From the NCBI GenBank assembly GCA_965218435.1, contig CBDCKW010000005.1:576001-640000 (forward strand): a stretch of DNA of 64,000 bases. Reading direction: 5' to 3'. Positions 48,777 to 59,252 of the stretch are shown in pieces. Every line of letters starts with the position of its first letter. Position 1 is the stretch's first letter. A model generated the notes under the pieces. The model was not told the DNA's origin. It searched no databases and saw only the letters and a list, made by a program, of their open reading frames with translations. Origin of the DNA: Truepera sp. Its GTDB lineage: Bacteria > Deinococcota > Deinococci > Deinococcales > Trueperaceae. Both the position numbers and the translations under genes were made by a program.

Positions 48777-49835
48777 TTAAGGCTCGCCCCGCAACGTCGC
48801 TTGGACTTGTGCTCTTTCCGCTAGCGCCATACGCCACTGACCGATAGCCACAGCGACAATCAGCAGTAACCCCTTGGCAACCAGTTGATAAAAAGTGGGA
48901 ATGCCGAGCAAGTTCATACCGTTACTCATCGTTGCTAACAGTAAAACAGCGAGCATACTGCCTGCTACCGTTCCCTTACCCCCTGCTAGCAGCGCACCAC
49001 CAAGGAACACCGCCGTGATGGCCTCGAGCTCGAGCCCTTGCGTACCCGAGACAGGCTGACCCGAACTTGTTCGCGCAGTGACGATCACACCCGCAAGACC
49101 TGAGAGAGCCCCTGAAACAGAGTAGATATAGAGCTTCATTCGGTTTAAGTTGATGCCTACTAAACGGGCAGCTTCAGGATTGCCCCCCATCGAATAAAGT
49201 GACCGACCAAAAACCGTTGACTTCATAACAAAATGCGCAACAAGGGCGACGACGACTAAAATCACAAAAGCGATAGGAATACCTGGAAAAGACCCGACTT
49301 GGAACAGCCGCCCTGACCCTAGCCGAGCAAAGGTCGGATCCAAGACGCCGATAGGCCGACCTCCTGGCGCTATCAAAAAAGCTAGACCTTGAAAGGCTGA
49401 AAGTGTCGCTAACGTGGCGACTACCGGATTGACGCGCAGATACGTGATGATAAGTGCGTTTATAACCCCGAGCACTGCCCCTGCTAGGATTCCCAACGCC
49501 ACGCCGCCAAAGACGGTACCCACCACTGATACCATAAGGGCCGAAACAACTGACGCCACACCTGCAATGGAACCCACTGAAATATCGAGTCCCGCTGACA
49601 CGATAACCATCGTCATACCTACCGCGATAAGTCCCACGACGGCCATATTTTGACCAATATTTAAGAGGTTACGGGTACTAAAAAAAAAGGGCGTTTGACT
49701 GGCAATAAGAGTGACCAAGACAACTAAAGCGATAATAAGTGAGAGGTTCTCCGCACCCAAAAAGTCACTTAGCCGTTTCAAAAAATTAGGTTTGCGTTTG
49801 GCTTGAGAGGTAACCTCAGCTGAACCAGTTGACAT
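48777..49835 (-). CDS. Monosaccharide ABC permease (AraH/RbsC-like)
   Basis: GLDISVGS, FGRSLY.MGGNPEAARL.GI, ELEAITAVFLGG. Confidence 0.92.
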   Translation of the reverse strand: MSTGSAEVTSQAKRKPNFLKRLSDFLGAENLSLIIALVVLVTLIASQTPFFFSTRNLLNIGQNMAVVGLIAVGMTMVIVSAGLDISVGSIAGVASVVSALMVSVVGTVFGGVALGILAGAVLGVINALIITYLRVNPVVATLATLSAFQGLAFLIAPGGRPIGVLDPTFARLGSGRLFQVGSFPGIPIAFVILVVVALVAHFVMKSTVFGRSLYSMGGNPEAARLVGINLNRMKLYIYSVSGALSGLAGVIVTARTSSGQPVSGTQGLELEAITAVFLGGALLAGGKGTVAGSMLAVLLLATMSNGMNLLGIPTFYQLVAKGLLLIVAVAIGQWRMALAERAQVQATLRGEP

Positions 49836-49878
49836 GGTAAGCGTCCTTTAAGAAATGAGCTGTAGCGTAGTCTTACGC

Positions 49879-51378
49879 TTAAGCTGCCTTTTGCTCGAGA
49901 GCGAGTGTAAGGATAAGTTCTTCGGTAGCAGCAGATTTTTCAATAGGTTCGGTAATAGTACCGTTTCTCATAACGATGATGCGGTCGGCCATACTGAGCA
50001 GTTCCGGCATTTCGGAAGAAATGAGCATAATGGCGATGCCACTTTTTGCTAAGTCGTCAATCAATCGGTAGATTTCGGCCTTGGCACCGACGTCTACGGC
50101 GCGCGTCGGCTCATCTAAAATCAGGACTTTAGGCTTAGCCGCGAGCCACCGTGCCAATACCACTTTTTGCTGATTACCACCGGAAAGTTTGCCAACGTCT
50201 TGCTCGAGCGAGGGTGTTTTGATGTCGAGATAGCGAATATAGGGTGAGACCTCGTCGACCATCTTCTGGGTGCGAAGAACCCCCACACGGCTGAGAGCGG
50301 AATAAACGGCCATCGAAGCGTTCTCAATAACGCTTCGTACCAAAATGAGCCCCTCTCTTTTCCGGTCTTCGGGTGCAAACCCGAGGTTGACTGCGATCGC
50401 CTCGGCGGGGGACGTGACGGCCACGAGTCTCCCCTCAACCCTGACGTCCCCAGAGCGTTTCGGCAACGCGCCGAAAAGAACCTTGGCTAACTCGGTTCTG
50501 CCTGCACCAACGAGACCCGCGAAACCAAGAATTTCACCCTTACGGATTTTGAAGCTGACGTCGTGGTGCCAGCGGCTATTTAGGTGAGTGACCTCGAGCG
50601 CAATTTCGTCGCGAGAAACCTCAGCACGTTGAACCCCCCCAGACAAATCACGCCCAACCATCATGTGGACAATCTCGCGGCTTTGGGTATCGCTCGTCGT
50701 TCGCACACCGACTAGCCGACCATCTCTTAAGATACAAATCCGATCCGAAACTGCCATAATCTCGTGCAAGCGGTGTGACACATACACTACGCCAAGACCC
50801 TGTGAGCGCAAAAGTGCGATCAGGGTGAATAGCCTTTTCGTTTCGTCTGCTGTCAAAGATGAGGTAGGTTCATCAAAGGCGATGACCTTGACGCCGTCTT
50901 TTAAAGCGCGGACGATCTCGACAATATGTTTCTGAGCAGGAGACAACGACGAGCCCAAAGCGTCCGGGGCGACGAAGCCTGAAAATCCGTAAGTGGCAAG
51001 TATCGCAGCTGTCTTTTTACGCATCGTCTCAAAATCTACTCGGTAGTTTTTGGTTGGATACTCGCCGACAAAAACATTTTCGGCTACAGATACGTGGGGC
51101 ACGATTTCGGGTTCCTGACGCACGAGCCGAAAACCCGCTTGGCGCGCCTCGAGCGGGCTGGCGCGGCTGATGTCGGTACCGTCTAGCATAATCGTGCCTT
51201 CATCGAGCCGGTAGTCGCCACTCAAAATCTTAAGGAGGGTCGATTTACCCGCACCATTTTCACCTACAAAAGCCATAACCTCACCGGCGCGCACCTCCAT
51301 AGCGAGGTCAGAAAGAGCTCTGATATTTGGAAAAGATTTGCTGACCCCTTTTATAGACAACAGCGTTCGGTTTAACAC
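49879..51378 (-). CDS. Monosaccharide ABC ATPase (AraG/RbsA-like)
   Basis: GENGAGKST, FDEPTSSL, LSGGNQQK, DEPTR.VDVGAK. Confidence 0.95.
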   Translation of the reverse strand: MLNRTLLSIKGVSKSFPNIRALSDLAMEVRAGEVMAFVGENGAGKSTLLKILSGDYRLDEGTIMLDGTDISRASPLEARQAGFRLVRQEPEIVPHVSVAENVFVGEYPTKNYRVDFETMRKKTAAILATYGFSGFVAPDALGSSLSPAQKHIVEIVRALKDGVKVIAFDEPTSSLTADETKRLFTLIALLRSQGLGVVYVSHRLHEIMAVSDRICILRDGRLVGVRTTSDTQSREIVHMMVGRDLSGGVQRAEVSRDEIALEVTHLNSRWHHDVSFKIRKGEILGFAGLVGAGRTELAKVLFGALPKRSGDVRVEGRLVAVTSPAEAIAVNLGFAPEDRKREGLILVRSVIENASMAVYSALSRVGVLRTQKMVDEVSPYIRYLDIKTPSLEQDVGKLSGGNQQKVVLARWLAAKPKVLILDEPTRAVDVGAKAEIYRLIDDLAKSGIAIMLISSEMPELLSMADRIIVMRNGTITEPIEKSAATEELILTLALEQKAA

Positions 51379-51462
51379 AAGAACCTCGTTTTCAGTAACG
51401 CTCGTGGAGTGGGCAGGCTAACCGAATATACTTGCGGCTACCCACTCCTTTAAGGCTATTGT

Positions 51463-52446
51463 TTAGTCGCAGGTCATCACGTCAGCATAGTTTGAGGGAT
51501 CCACGATTGTGGTATTGGCAACAGTACTAGGTGGTAACGGTTTACCCGTCTCAATAGCGTTGATAAGCGCCCGTGCCGCTGCGTCGCCCACGTCTGTACC
51601 GCTGATGTAAAGTGCGGCCTTGAACCCTGTGGCGATGCCTGCTTTCCAGGGGCGGCACGCTTCGTAAGCGCCCAGTCCCACGGCAATAACGTCATCAGCT
51701 GTAAAACCTGCGTTGTTCAGCGCGTTTACTGTGCCTAAAACGCCTTCGTCGTTGCAACCAAAAACTACCCATTTGTTGACATCTGGATGGGCGGTAACAA
51801 CAGGTCCAGCAGCTTCTAGAGCAGCGTTGGTCGTTCCGTCATACGCAACCGCGTAGATGTTGTCGGGACTAGCACCCGCCTTGATGACCTGTTGTTTCTC
51901 CGCCTCAGTTCGGTCGTTACAAACAGAAAGTGTTTGAACCTCAGCGCTTAGAACACCGTAATTTTCGTTCTCGACCCAACCAGCTTCTGTAAGTAGTTCA
52001 CCGGCTTTGGTGCCTACTTTGGTGCCCATATCCGTCCCGTTAAAGCCAACGAAGGGAACCGGTTTGCCAGCACCGTCGACCAAAGGATCATCAGTGGCTA
52101 CTAACAGCACACTTGCGTCGGCAGTCGCTTTCGCAGCTGCCGGGCCGATCGCTTGATCCGGCGCTGTGAGGCCGATGCCTTTCGCACCTGCAGCGATGGC
52201 GTCGCTGATGGCGCTGATAGCAAGGTTGGCATCGAGTTCTACGTTGATAATTTGAGAAGTGTAACCGAGTTCTTTTGCTGCGGCTTGGAAACCTTGAGCT
52301 TGATCGATAAAATACTGTTGCGTCCCGCTTTTATAGATGGCAACGACCAGCTTTTCCTGAGCAAATGCCGCGCTAAACAAGTACAATGCGACGAGGCCGA
52401 CAACGACCAACCCGGACATACGAACCGCTCGAGCTACCTTCTGCAC
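51463..52446 (-). CDS. Monosaccharide-binding protein (AraF-like)
   Basis: Signal peptide; K...Q.YF, PDQ.IGP, DDPL, S.C.DR, ND..VLG resemble arabinose/galactose-binding proteins. Confidence 0.8.
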   Translation of the reverse strand: MQKVARAVRMSGLVVVGLVALYLFSAAFAQEKLVVAIYKSGTQQYFIDQAQGFQAAAKELGYTSQIINVELDANLAISAISDAIAAGAKGIGLTAPDQAIGPAAAKATADASVLLVATDDPLVDGAGKPVPFVGFNGTDMGTKVGTKAGELLTEAGWVENENYGVLSAEVQTLSVCNDRTEAEKQQVIKAGASPDNIYAVAYDGTTNAALEAAGPVVTAHPDVNKWVVFGCNDEGVLGTVNALNNAGFTADDVIAVGLGAYEACRPWKAGIATGFKAALYISGTDVGDAAARALINAIETGKPLPPSTVANTTIVDPSNYADVMTCD

Positions 52447-52541
52447 AATCTCTACCTCCTGAATTTTTAACTTGCGGTCAGTTTAACAAAGGCAAACGTG
52501 CAGCACAAGGAGCTTCTTGCACGCCCTCAAGCAGCTGAGTT

Positions 52542-53681
52542 TTACCACTCTGCCAAGCTGCCGTCTGGGTGATACCAAACCGGGTTACGCCAGCGGTGCT
52601 TGTTCTTGCTCAGTTCGCGTACCAGGGCTTCATCGATGTCAAGCCCGAGTCCTGGACCAGTAGGAATCTCTAAAAAGCCCTCACGAGGCGTTAACACCTC
52701 TGGGTTAGTGAGGTAAGTCAGTAAGTCGTGGGTTTCGTTGTAGTGAATGCCTAAGGATATTTCCTGCAGTACGACGTTGGGGGTGCAAGCGGCCAGCTGC
52801 AAACACGAAGCCAACGCCAGCGGCCCTAAAGGACAGTGAGGAGCCACGGCCACATCATAGGCTTCAGCCATCGCGCTAATCTTTTTGGTCTCCAAGATAC
52901 CGCCTGCGTGGGACAGGTCGGGTTGAATCACGTCGATAAAACCGCTTGCCAGAAAGGGTTTGAAACCCCAGCGGCTGTAGACGCGCTCGCCCAAAGCAAT
53001 CGGGATGCTACTAAGTTGCGACAACTCCTGCAACGCCTCGAGATGGTCGCTCAACAAAGGTTCTTCGACAAACAAGGGCTGGAGGGGCTCGAGCCGCTTT
53101 AGTAGCTGCTTGGCCATCGGCTTATGAACCCGACCGTGGAAATCGATACCTACGTCGAGCCCCTCTCCCTTCACCGCTTCGACGCGCGCCGTGACCTCCT
53201 CAAATGCACGTGGGCCTTCGAGATAACCCAGTTCGGCGGTCGCGTTCATCTTGACCGCCTTGAAGCCTTGAGCCTTACGGGCGCGGGTAGCCTCCGCTAC
53301 CTCCTGGGGCCGGTCGCCGCCAATCCAGGCATAGGCCTGAACGCGTTCACGCACCCGGCCCCCCAGCATCTCCCAGACGGGCAGCCCCAGCGCCTTGCCC
53401 TTGAGGTCCCAGAGGGCCTGCTCAACGCCGGAAAGCGCGGACATGAGCACGGGGCCGCCCCGGTAGAAGCCGCCGCGGTAGCCGATTTGCCAGAGGGCTT
53501 CGATGCAGAACGGATCCTGACCAAGAAACCTGTCCTTGAGCGCCTCGAGCGCGCCGTCGACGGCCTCGGCGTAGCCCTCTAAACTTGCCTCGCCCCACCC
53601 CACCACGCCCTCATCACTTTCGACGCGCACAAAAAGCCAACGTGGTGGGGTGTAAAAGGTCTCAATTTGGGCAATCTTCAT
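52542..53681 (-). CDS. dgoD: D-galactonate dehydratase
   Basis: PPRWLF, GWGE, GGFYRGGP.LMSA, DFHGRVH, EEP, GER, PHCPLGP, GIHYN, WRNP.W...DGS.AEW. Confidence 0.92.
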   Translation of the reverse strand: MKIAQIETFYTPPRWLFVRVESDEGVVGWGEASLEGYAEAVDGALEALKDRFLGQDPFCIEALWQIGYRGGFYRGGPVLMSALSGVEQALWDLKGKALGLPVWEMLGGRVRERVQAYAWIGGDRPQEVAEATRARKAQGFKAVKMNATAELGYLEGPRAFEEVTARVEAVKGEGLDVGIDFHGRVHKPMAKQLLKRLEPLQPLFVEEPLLSDHLEALQELSQLSSIPIALGERVYSRWGFKPFLASGFIDVIQPDLSHAGGILETKKISAMAEAYDVAVAPHCPLGPLALASCLQLAACTPNVVLQEISLGIHYNETHDLLTYLTNPEVLTPREGFLEIPTGPGLGLDIDEALVRELSKNKHRWRNPVWYHPDGSLAEW

Positions 53682-54667
53682 CCTGGCCTCCTTGTGGTGA
53701 GTTGAGCCTCGAGCCACCAGCTACGCGCGCCGCCGGGAGGCAGCAGCGCATATTGGTTATGGGGTTCAACCGCCTCCTCGAGTGAGTCCTGAGCGCCGAT
53801 GCAGGGTTCTAAAGCGAGGTTGTAGTAGGGCTCGCCGCCCGTGCCCGACCAAGCCCCCGCGTTTAGCCATAGGCCCAACTGGGGAATCAGCGCCGGGTCG
53901 AAGCCAAAACGAAATGCGCCGTCTTCTGCCTCTAAACTCGCCCAACCCTGAGCGAGCGGCTCGCTCCAGACCTTGAAGGCTACCTCGGCGGAGGCGTCCG
54001 GCAAGTGGGTCAAATCATAGCTTTTCTCACCATTTCTGACCGCTAGCGGCCAAGAAAGATGCGTATCCTTTTGAACGTTGGTCGGCGCTACCTCCAGATA
54101 AATGTGCAGTTTCGCGTCATCGGGTACGCACACCCTCATTCCGGGCTCAATTGCAAACAAGGGATGGGCGCTCCAGATAAAAGCGATGTCGTCATCTGCT
54201 TGGCTCGCAACCTGGTAGTCGAAACGAAGGGTATCCGACGCCTCCTCTATCCGGATGGTGCGGCTGAAGGTGTAAGGTAGGGCAACCCCGTGACCTTTTG
54301 TACGCAGCTCGAGCCCGTTTCTGAATTCTTTAAGGGTCGTCACCCACGCCTGCGACCAGAGTTCGCCGTGGTCGGGCAGAGGTGTCCCCCGCCAGGGCTC
54401 GAGCGGGTAACGGCACGGGGCCACGGTCGGAAAGCACTCGTCCCAGCCACCGGTATCGGCTTTTCCAACGTAGGACGTCCCGTAACTGTGCTCTTGATAG
54501 GGAAGCTGTTCGTTCGCCCACAACCACTCGCGCCCACTCCGAAGGTCGCGGAGACTGCTGAGCTTGCCACCAAGCTCGGGGATGAGGGTCAAAGAAATAA
54601 GGTCGTTCGCCACCGTATACGCGCTAAAGCCCTGCACCGTTGCCTCGGCAAGCTCGAGCGAGGCCAT
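53678..54667 (-). CDS. Galactose mutarotase-like fold protein
   Basis: PELGGK..SL.D....EWL, GGWDECFPT, PDHGELW, WSAHP, LEP. Confidence 0.75.
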   Translation of the reverse strand: MASLELAEATVQGFSAYTVANDLISLTLIPELGGKLSSLRDLRSGREWLWANEQLPYQEHSYGTSYVGKADTGGWDECFPTVAPCRYPLEPWRGTPLPDHGELWSQAWVTTLKEFRNGLELRTKGHGVALPYTFSRTIRIEEASDTLRFDYQVASQADDDIAFIWSAHPLFAIEPGMRVCVPDDAKLHIYLEVAPTNVQKDTHLSWPLAVRNGEKSYDLTHLPDASAEVAFKVWSEPLAQGWASLEAEDGAFRFGFDPALIPQLGLWLNAGAWSGTGGEPYYNLALEPCIGAQDSLEEAVEPHNQYALLPPGGARSWWLEAQLTTRRPG

Positions 54668-54710
54668 TAACGACCGCCCAACGGGTTTGCGCAAACATGA
54701 GCAGCGTGCA

Positions 54711-55730
54711 TTAGCGCTCCTTCACCGGCAGTCGAACCTGCGGTTGACTGTCGCTCAACGTGTTCAGCTCATTGGCGTCGTAGGGGCTGCCATCCGGGTG
54801 CAAGACGTCGTGTTGCCACAGTTCGGGCGTGGGATCACCTGGTTCGGAGCCCCAGAGCAGGTAGGTCTGCGTGCGTCCCGCAACGAGGCCCCAGTGGTAC
54901 CAGCCGACCTGATAAGCGTCGAACAGGGGCAAAATAGCCGCAAACGTATTGCCGCGTGGGCGGTGCAACCATTCGGTGCAGAGCAGCGGGCGTTCAAACG
55001 CGGCGCAACGCTCGAGCGTTTCTTTCACGCCTTCGGGACCTTCATAGCTGTGAAAGCTAACAACGTCAGACAAGGCGAACATGCGCTGACTCATCGAACT
55101 GTCGAAGTCCACCCAGGGTCCAACCGTCAAAGGTTGCGAAGGCCCGGCCTCTCGCGCCCACACAAAGGTCGCCTCGACCAGAGGAAGACTTTTCTCGCCC
55201 ATGGTGGAGTTGCCGGGTTCGTTGTACAGGTCCCAGACGATGATGCGCTCGTCCTCAGCAAACGTACCGACGATATCCTTGACGTAGTGCTCGAGCCCAG
55301 GCCAAACCGAGCGATCGGTGACACGTTCCAATCCAGGGCTCGGGACCCAGCCGCTGTTGTGAACCCCCGGAACGGGCTCGTCTTGTCTGCCCAGGTACGG
55401 TTCCCTACTCGCAAAAGCGCAGTCGTCGAAGAGGACGGGCATGGTGCTGAGGCCGTAGCGTGCTGCGGTCGCAAGAAAAGTTTGAAAACGCGCCTTGAAG
55501 CTCTCCAGGTCGTCGGCCCACACGAGGTACTGAAGAAAAACCCGAACGCTGGTGTAGCCAATGCTTTTAGCCCACCTCAGTTCCTCATCAATCGTGGTTA
55601 AATCGAACGAACCGGCCTGCCACATCTCCGTGTCGTTAACGGCGGTTCGGGGCAAATAGTTACAGCCTCGGATGGGGCCTGCAGCGTCGTACCACGCCCA
55701 AGCGCGTTGCGAAGTCCACATCTTCGTCAC
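54711..55730 (-). CDS. GH5-like (clan GH-A) glycoside hydrolase
   Basis: WDLYNEP (acid/base), SFHSY, CTEW (nucleophile), WGLV.G.TQ; no signal peptide. Confidence 0.85.
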   Translation of the reverse strand: MTKMWTSQRAWAWYDAAGPIRGCNYLPRTAVNDTEMWQAGSFDLTTIDEELRWAKSIGYTSVRVFLQYLVWADDLESFKARFQTFLATAARYGLSTMPVLFDDCAFASREPYLGRQDEPVPGVHNSGWVPSPGLERVTDRSVWPGLEHYVKDIVGTFAEDERIIVWDLYNEPGNSTMGEKSLPLVEATFVWAREAGPSQPLTVGPWVDFDSSMSQRMFALSDVVSFHSYEGPEGVKETLERCAAFERPLLCTEWLHRPRGNTFAAILPLFDAYQVGWYHWGLVAGRTQTYLLWGSEPGDPTPELWQHDVLHPDGSPYDANELNTLSDSQPQVRLPVKER

Positions 55731-55815
55731 AACCCCCTCACCTTAGCGTTGCGTCTCTTAGACAGCTATCTTTCACCGATGTCTCCCTTACAAAGAGTTC
55801 GTTACGCACACAGGT

Positions 55816-56673
55816 CTAACCTTTCATACCTGAGGTCGCCACACCCCTTACAAAGTAGCGTTGAAGCAGGAGGAAGAAGATGACCGCGGGCAGGGTTGCA
55901 GCGACCGCCGACGCCATCACGACGCCTTGTTTCATTGACATACCCGCCCCACCGACGAGGGTCGCCAGACCGACGGGCAGCGTCCGGGTGGCGTCCGTGT
56001 TGGTGACGATCAGGGGCCAAAAAAAGTTGTTCCAACTCGAGACAAAGGTAAAAATGGCGACGGTGACAATGGCCGGACGGGAGAGCGGCAACAGGATGCG
56101 CCAAAAAAAGCCGAACTTGGTGCAGCCGTCAATGACGGAGGCGTCCTCGAGTTCTTTGGGAACCGCCTGAAAAAACTGGCTAAACAAAAAGACCCCAAAG
56201 GCGTTGGCCGCGAGCGGCACCGACAAACTGAAATAGCTGTCGGAGAGTCCCAAACGGCTTAAACCCAAAAAGAGTGGGACGAGCAGAATCTCGTAGGGAA
56301 GCAAAAAGGTCGCCAGAATCGTGAGGAGTACCACGCGCCGCCCCCGAAACTGCATCCGCGCTAGCGGATACGCGGCTAGCGCGTCGATGACGAGCGTAAG
56401 CGAGGTCGTGATGACCGCGACGATCAAACTATTTTTGAACCAGGTGAGCATGGGGAAACGTTGAAACAGCGCCGTGTAATAGTTGAGGGTGGGGTGATCG
56501 GGCAGCCACTTGATCGGATACCGGAAAATCTCTGACTCGGGTTTGAGCGAGGTGACTAGCATCCATAAAAAGGGCGCACCAAAGAGAATAGCGACAACGA
56601 GGAGCAGTAGGTAAGACGCTAGACGGCCCACCGAGATACCCTTTAGCTTGGGGCGAGCGCTTTGCATGTGCAC
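55816..56673 (-). CDS. Carbohydrate ABC permease (CUT1)
   Basis: PKELEDAS.IDG EAA-type loop; WN.FFWPL. Confidence 0.92.
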   Translation of the reverse strand: MHMQSARPKLKGISVGRLASYLLLLVVAILFGAPFLWMLVTSLKPESEIFRYPIKWLPDHPTLNYYTALFQRFPMLTWFKNSLIVAVITTSLTLVIDALAAYPLARMQFRGRRVVLLTILATFLLPYEILLVPLFLGLSRLGLSDSYFSLSVPLAANAFGVFLFSQFFQAVPKELEDASVIDGCTKFGFFWRILLPLSRPAIVTVAIFTFVSSWNNFFWPLIVTNTDATRTLPVGLATLVGGAGMSMKQGVVMASAVAATLPAVIFFLLLQRYFVRGVATSGMKG

Positions 56674-56676
56674 CTC

Positions 56677-57600
56677 CTAAAGAACCCGCATGGCCCGGAG
56701 TTGAACGACGGTGAAGACGAGGGTGATAAGCAGCAAAATCACCGCAGCGGCGGACGCGGGTCCCATCTGAAAGTTTTGAAAAGCCGACAAGTAGATGTAC
56801 TGGGCCATCACAAAGGTGCTCGCTCCGGGTCCTCCTTGCGTCATCACAAAAGCTTGACCAAAAACCCGCCACGACGAAACGATAGTTAAGGGGATGACAA
56901 ACGCGTTCACAGGCAGCAGCAGAGGCAGGGTGATAAAGCGAAAGCGCGCCCAAGCGTTGGCCCCGTCGAGTTTACCGGCGTCGAAAAGCTCCTCGGGGAT
57001 ATCCTGCAAGCCCGCCAAGTAGATAATCATGTTGACGTTGACCGTCCACCAAAGGGTGGTGAGGGCGAGCGCAGGCATGGACCAATGCGCGTCGGTAAGC
57101 CAGCCGATGTGAGGAATCCCAAATAAGCTCAGGTAATAGTTGATGAGCCCCGTTGCTTTGTCGTAAAGCCACACCCACAAAATACCGACTGCCGACACCA
57201 TAACGACGTAGGGCAGAAAAACGACCGTTCGGACGAGGTTGGTCCCCTTGAGTTTTTGGTTGAGGAGGAGCGCGAGGGCGAGACCCACGACAACGAGTGG
57301 CACAGCCGTCAGCACCATAAAGTAAAACGTATTGAGAATCGACCTGAGAAAAAGCCGGTCGGTAAAAATTTGCTTGTAGTTGGCCCATCCGGCCCAACTG
57401 GGCGCGCCCAAGATGTCCCAGTGGGTAAAGCTGATGGCGATACCCACCACGGCCGGCAGCAGCATGAACACGAAAAAAATAGCCAGGTAGGGGGTCATGA
57501 ACAAGTAGGCCGACACACCGTCCCATACACGTCTGCGCGCCGCTCCTTTGCTCGGGGCGCGCGCGCGCGACGTCTGCTTACCATAGTCGTTAAGCGCCAT
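56677..57600 (-). CDS. Carbohydrate ABC permease (CUT1)
   Basis: LAGLQDIPEELFDA..LDGA, ITLPLL.P, GGP. Confidence 0.92.
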   Translation of the reverse strand: MALNDYGKQTSRARAPSKGAARRRVWDGVSAYLFMTPYLAIFFVFMLLPAVVGIAISFTHWDILGAPSWAGWANYKQIFTDRLFLRSILNTFYFMVLTAVPLVVVGLALALLLNQKLKGTNLVRTVVFLPYVVMVSAVGILWVWLYDKATGLINYYLSLFGIPHIGWLTDAHWSMPALALTTLWWTVNVNMIIYLAGLQDIPEELFDAGKLDGANAWARFRFITLPLLLPVNAFVIPLTIVSSWRVFGQAFVMTQGGPGASTFVMAQYIYLSAFQNFQMGPASAAAVILLLITLVFTVVQLRAMRVL

Positions 57601-57653
57601 ACCAACCTTTCAAAACCGAGGTGACCTAAAAAATCAGCTCGAGCCGCGCGGAT

Positions 57654-59003
57654 TCAGGGCTGGGCGAGCTGGTCGTCGATACCCGCTTTCATGTCTACCA
57701 GCGCCTGCTCAACCGTCTTTGAGCGACTGAGCGCGGCTTCTAGGTTGATCGACAGGGGCGTGGGTTTGGCAAACGAGAAGATTTGCGTGTATTGCGGGAG
57801 TGAGGGCTCGAACACGACGTACGGCAATTCTTTAATAAACGCTTTGTAGTAGGCGTAGCGGGCGTCGTCGGTAAAGGTCGGGCTGCTTCGCGCGGCCGGG
57901 GACAGCGGAATAATCCCCACCGTCTTAGCGGGTATGGCGTAGTTTTCGTAAAACCACGTGATGAACGCCATATTGTCTTGGTATTTATCGGTGTTGCGCT
58001 GCTTGGGAATAGACATGCAGTGCGCGTTGCCCCAAGTAGCGGGCTGTGAGCCGACTACAGGCAGGGGCGCTGTGGCGAAGTTCAGACCCTGACTCATGCG
58101 CAAGTTAACCTCCCACGGGCCGATGAAGCGAATGGCAACCTGCTTGGCAGCAAACGCGTCGTTGCCGCTTAAGCCTCCCGTACCTTGATTGGCTACTTTA
58201 TGGTCATAAATGAGGTCGACGAGAAACTGGAGCGCCTGCTGCGACGCCTCGCTGTCGACCGCGGTTTTGCCCTGCTCGTCAAGAAAGCTGCCGCCAAACT
58301 GATGAAGCAAGCTGAACCACAGCCAGCGAGGAATCGCGCCGGTCGTGGGTAAGTCGACGCCGTACTGCGTCACGCTGCCGCTCGCGTCGGTGATAGTCAG
58401 CTTCTGGGTCCAGTCGAGAAACGCGTCGCGCGTGGTGGGCGGCTGGTCCGGGTCGAGGCCCGCAGCGTTCACCATGTCCAGGTTGTAGTACATGCCCAGG
58501 GGGTGGACGTCCCCTGGTACCGCGTAGAGCTGGCCTTGCCACTGCGACGCCCCAAGCACCGCCGCAGGCACATCCGAAATGTCGAGGTTCGCCTCCCGCA
58601 CAAGGTCGCCTATGGGTACGGTCATCCCGCGTTTGGCAAACTCAGGGATTTCGGACACATGGTGAAGAACGAGGTCTGGTGCCCCCCCCGACGCGGCCGA
58701 GATGACCCACTTGCTAAACAAGGTGTCCCACTCGAAAGCCGTGGGTTCGATGGTCAAGCCAAGACTGTTTTGCTTGTCAAAGAGGGTAAGGACGTCGTTG
58801 AGGGCGGTGGTATTGTCCGCCCCCGTCCAGCCGTGCCAGAGCGACAGCGTCGTTGCTGCACTTTGCGCTCGCACCGGAGATCCTAAAAATGTACCCGCGC
58901 CTACCGAAAACCCTAGGGCCAGCGCACCTACCAGAAAATCTCGACGAGAAATTTTCCCCTCGAGCCACGCCTGTAAAAGCGCCTGCTTGTCGTTCGTCGC
59001 CAT
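57654..59003 (-). CDS. Oligosaccharide ABC substrate-binding protein with twin-arginine signal
   Basis: SRRDFL plus hydrophobic stretch and VRA|Q; WHGWTG, PD, YN.D. Confidence 0.87.
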   Translation of the reverse strand: MATNDKQALLQAWLEGKISRRDFLVGALALGFSVGAGTFLGSPVRAQSAATTLSLWHGWTGADNTTALNDVLTLFDKQNSLGLTIEPTAFEWDTLFSKWVISAASGGAPDLVLHHVSEIPEFAKRGMTVPIGDLVREANLDISDVPAAVLGASQWQGQLYAVPGDVHPLGMYYNLDMVNAAGLDPDQPPTTRDAFLDWTQKLTITDASGSVTQYGVDLPTTGAIPRWLWFSLLHQFGGSFLDEQGKTAVDSEASQQALQFLVDLIYDHKVANQGTGGLSGNDAFAAKQVAIRFIGPWEVNLRMSQGLNFATAPLPVVGSQPATWGNAHCMSIPKQRNTDKYQDNMAFITWFYENYAIPAKTVGIIPLSPAARSSPTFTDDARYAYYKAFIKELPYVVFEPSLPQYTQIFSFAKPTPLSINLEAALSRSKTVEQALVDMKAGIDDQLAQP

Positions 59004-59133
59004 AACCTTTCCTCCAAACTCCCTAACTCGAAGTGTTTTTTACCCGCCTATTTAGAAGACGGCGTCTCCTCTGAAATAGAGACGAGCTCAAGGTCTTTAG
59101 CTACCATTTAGTAACACTCGCTGATCGTAAAAT

Positions 59134-59186
59134 AGTATAGTGATATGATGAATATTTGTCAAGTGGTATGATGAATTGTAATACGA
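59134..59186. promoter_or_regulatory. Divergent promoter region with operator candidates
   Basis: Minus strand TTGACA (59157-59162), 17 bp, TATACT (59134-59139); direct repeats AGTGRTATGATGAAT at 59139-59153 and 59162-59176; near-palindrome TTGTAATACGA at 59176-59186. Confidence 0.75.
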
Positions 59187-59252
59187 TTAGGTAATTTAGC
59201 AGATAGTCAGTAGCTGCTCGAGATAAAACACTTTTAAGGAGGTCGTTAAAGG

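Noticed and set aside
54564..55601. 345-aa plus-strand ORF
   Set aside because: Antisense to the GH5-like gene; no RBS or motifs.
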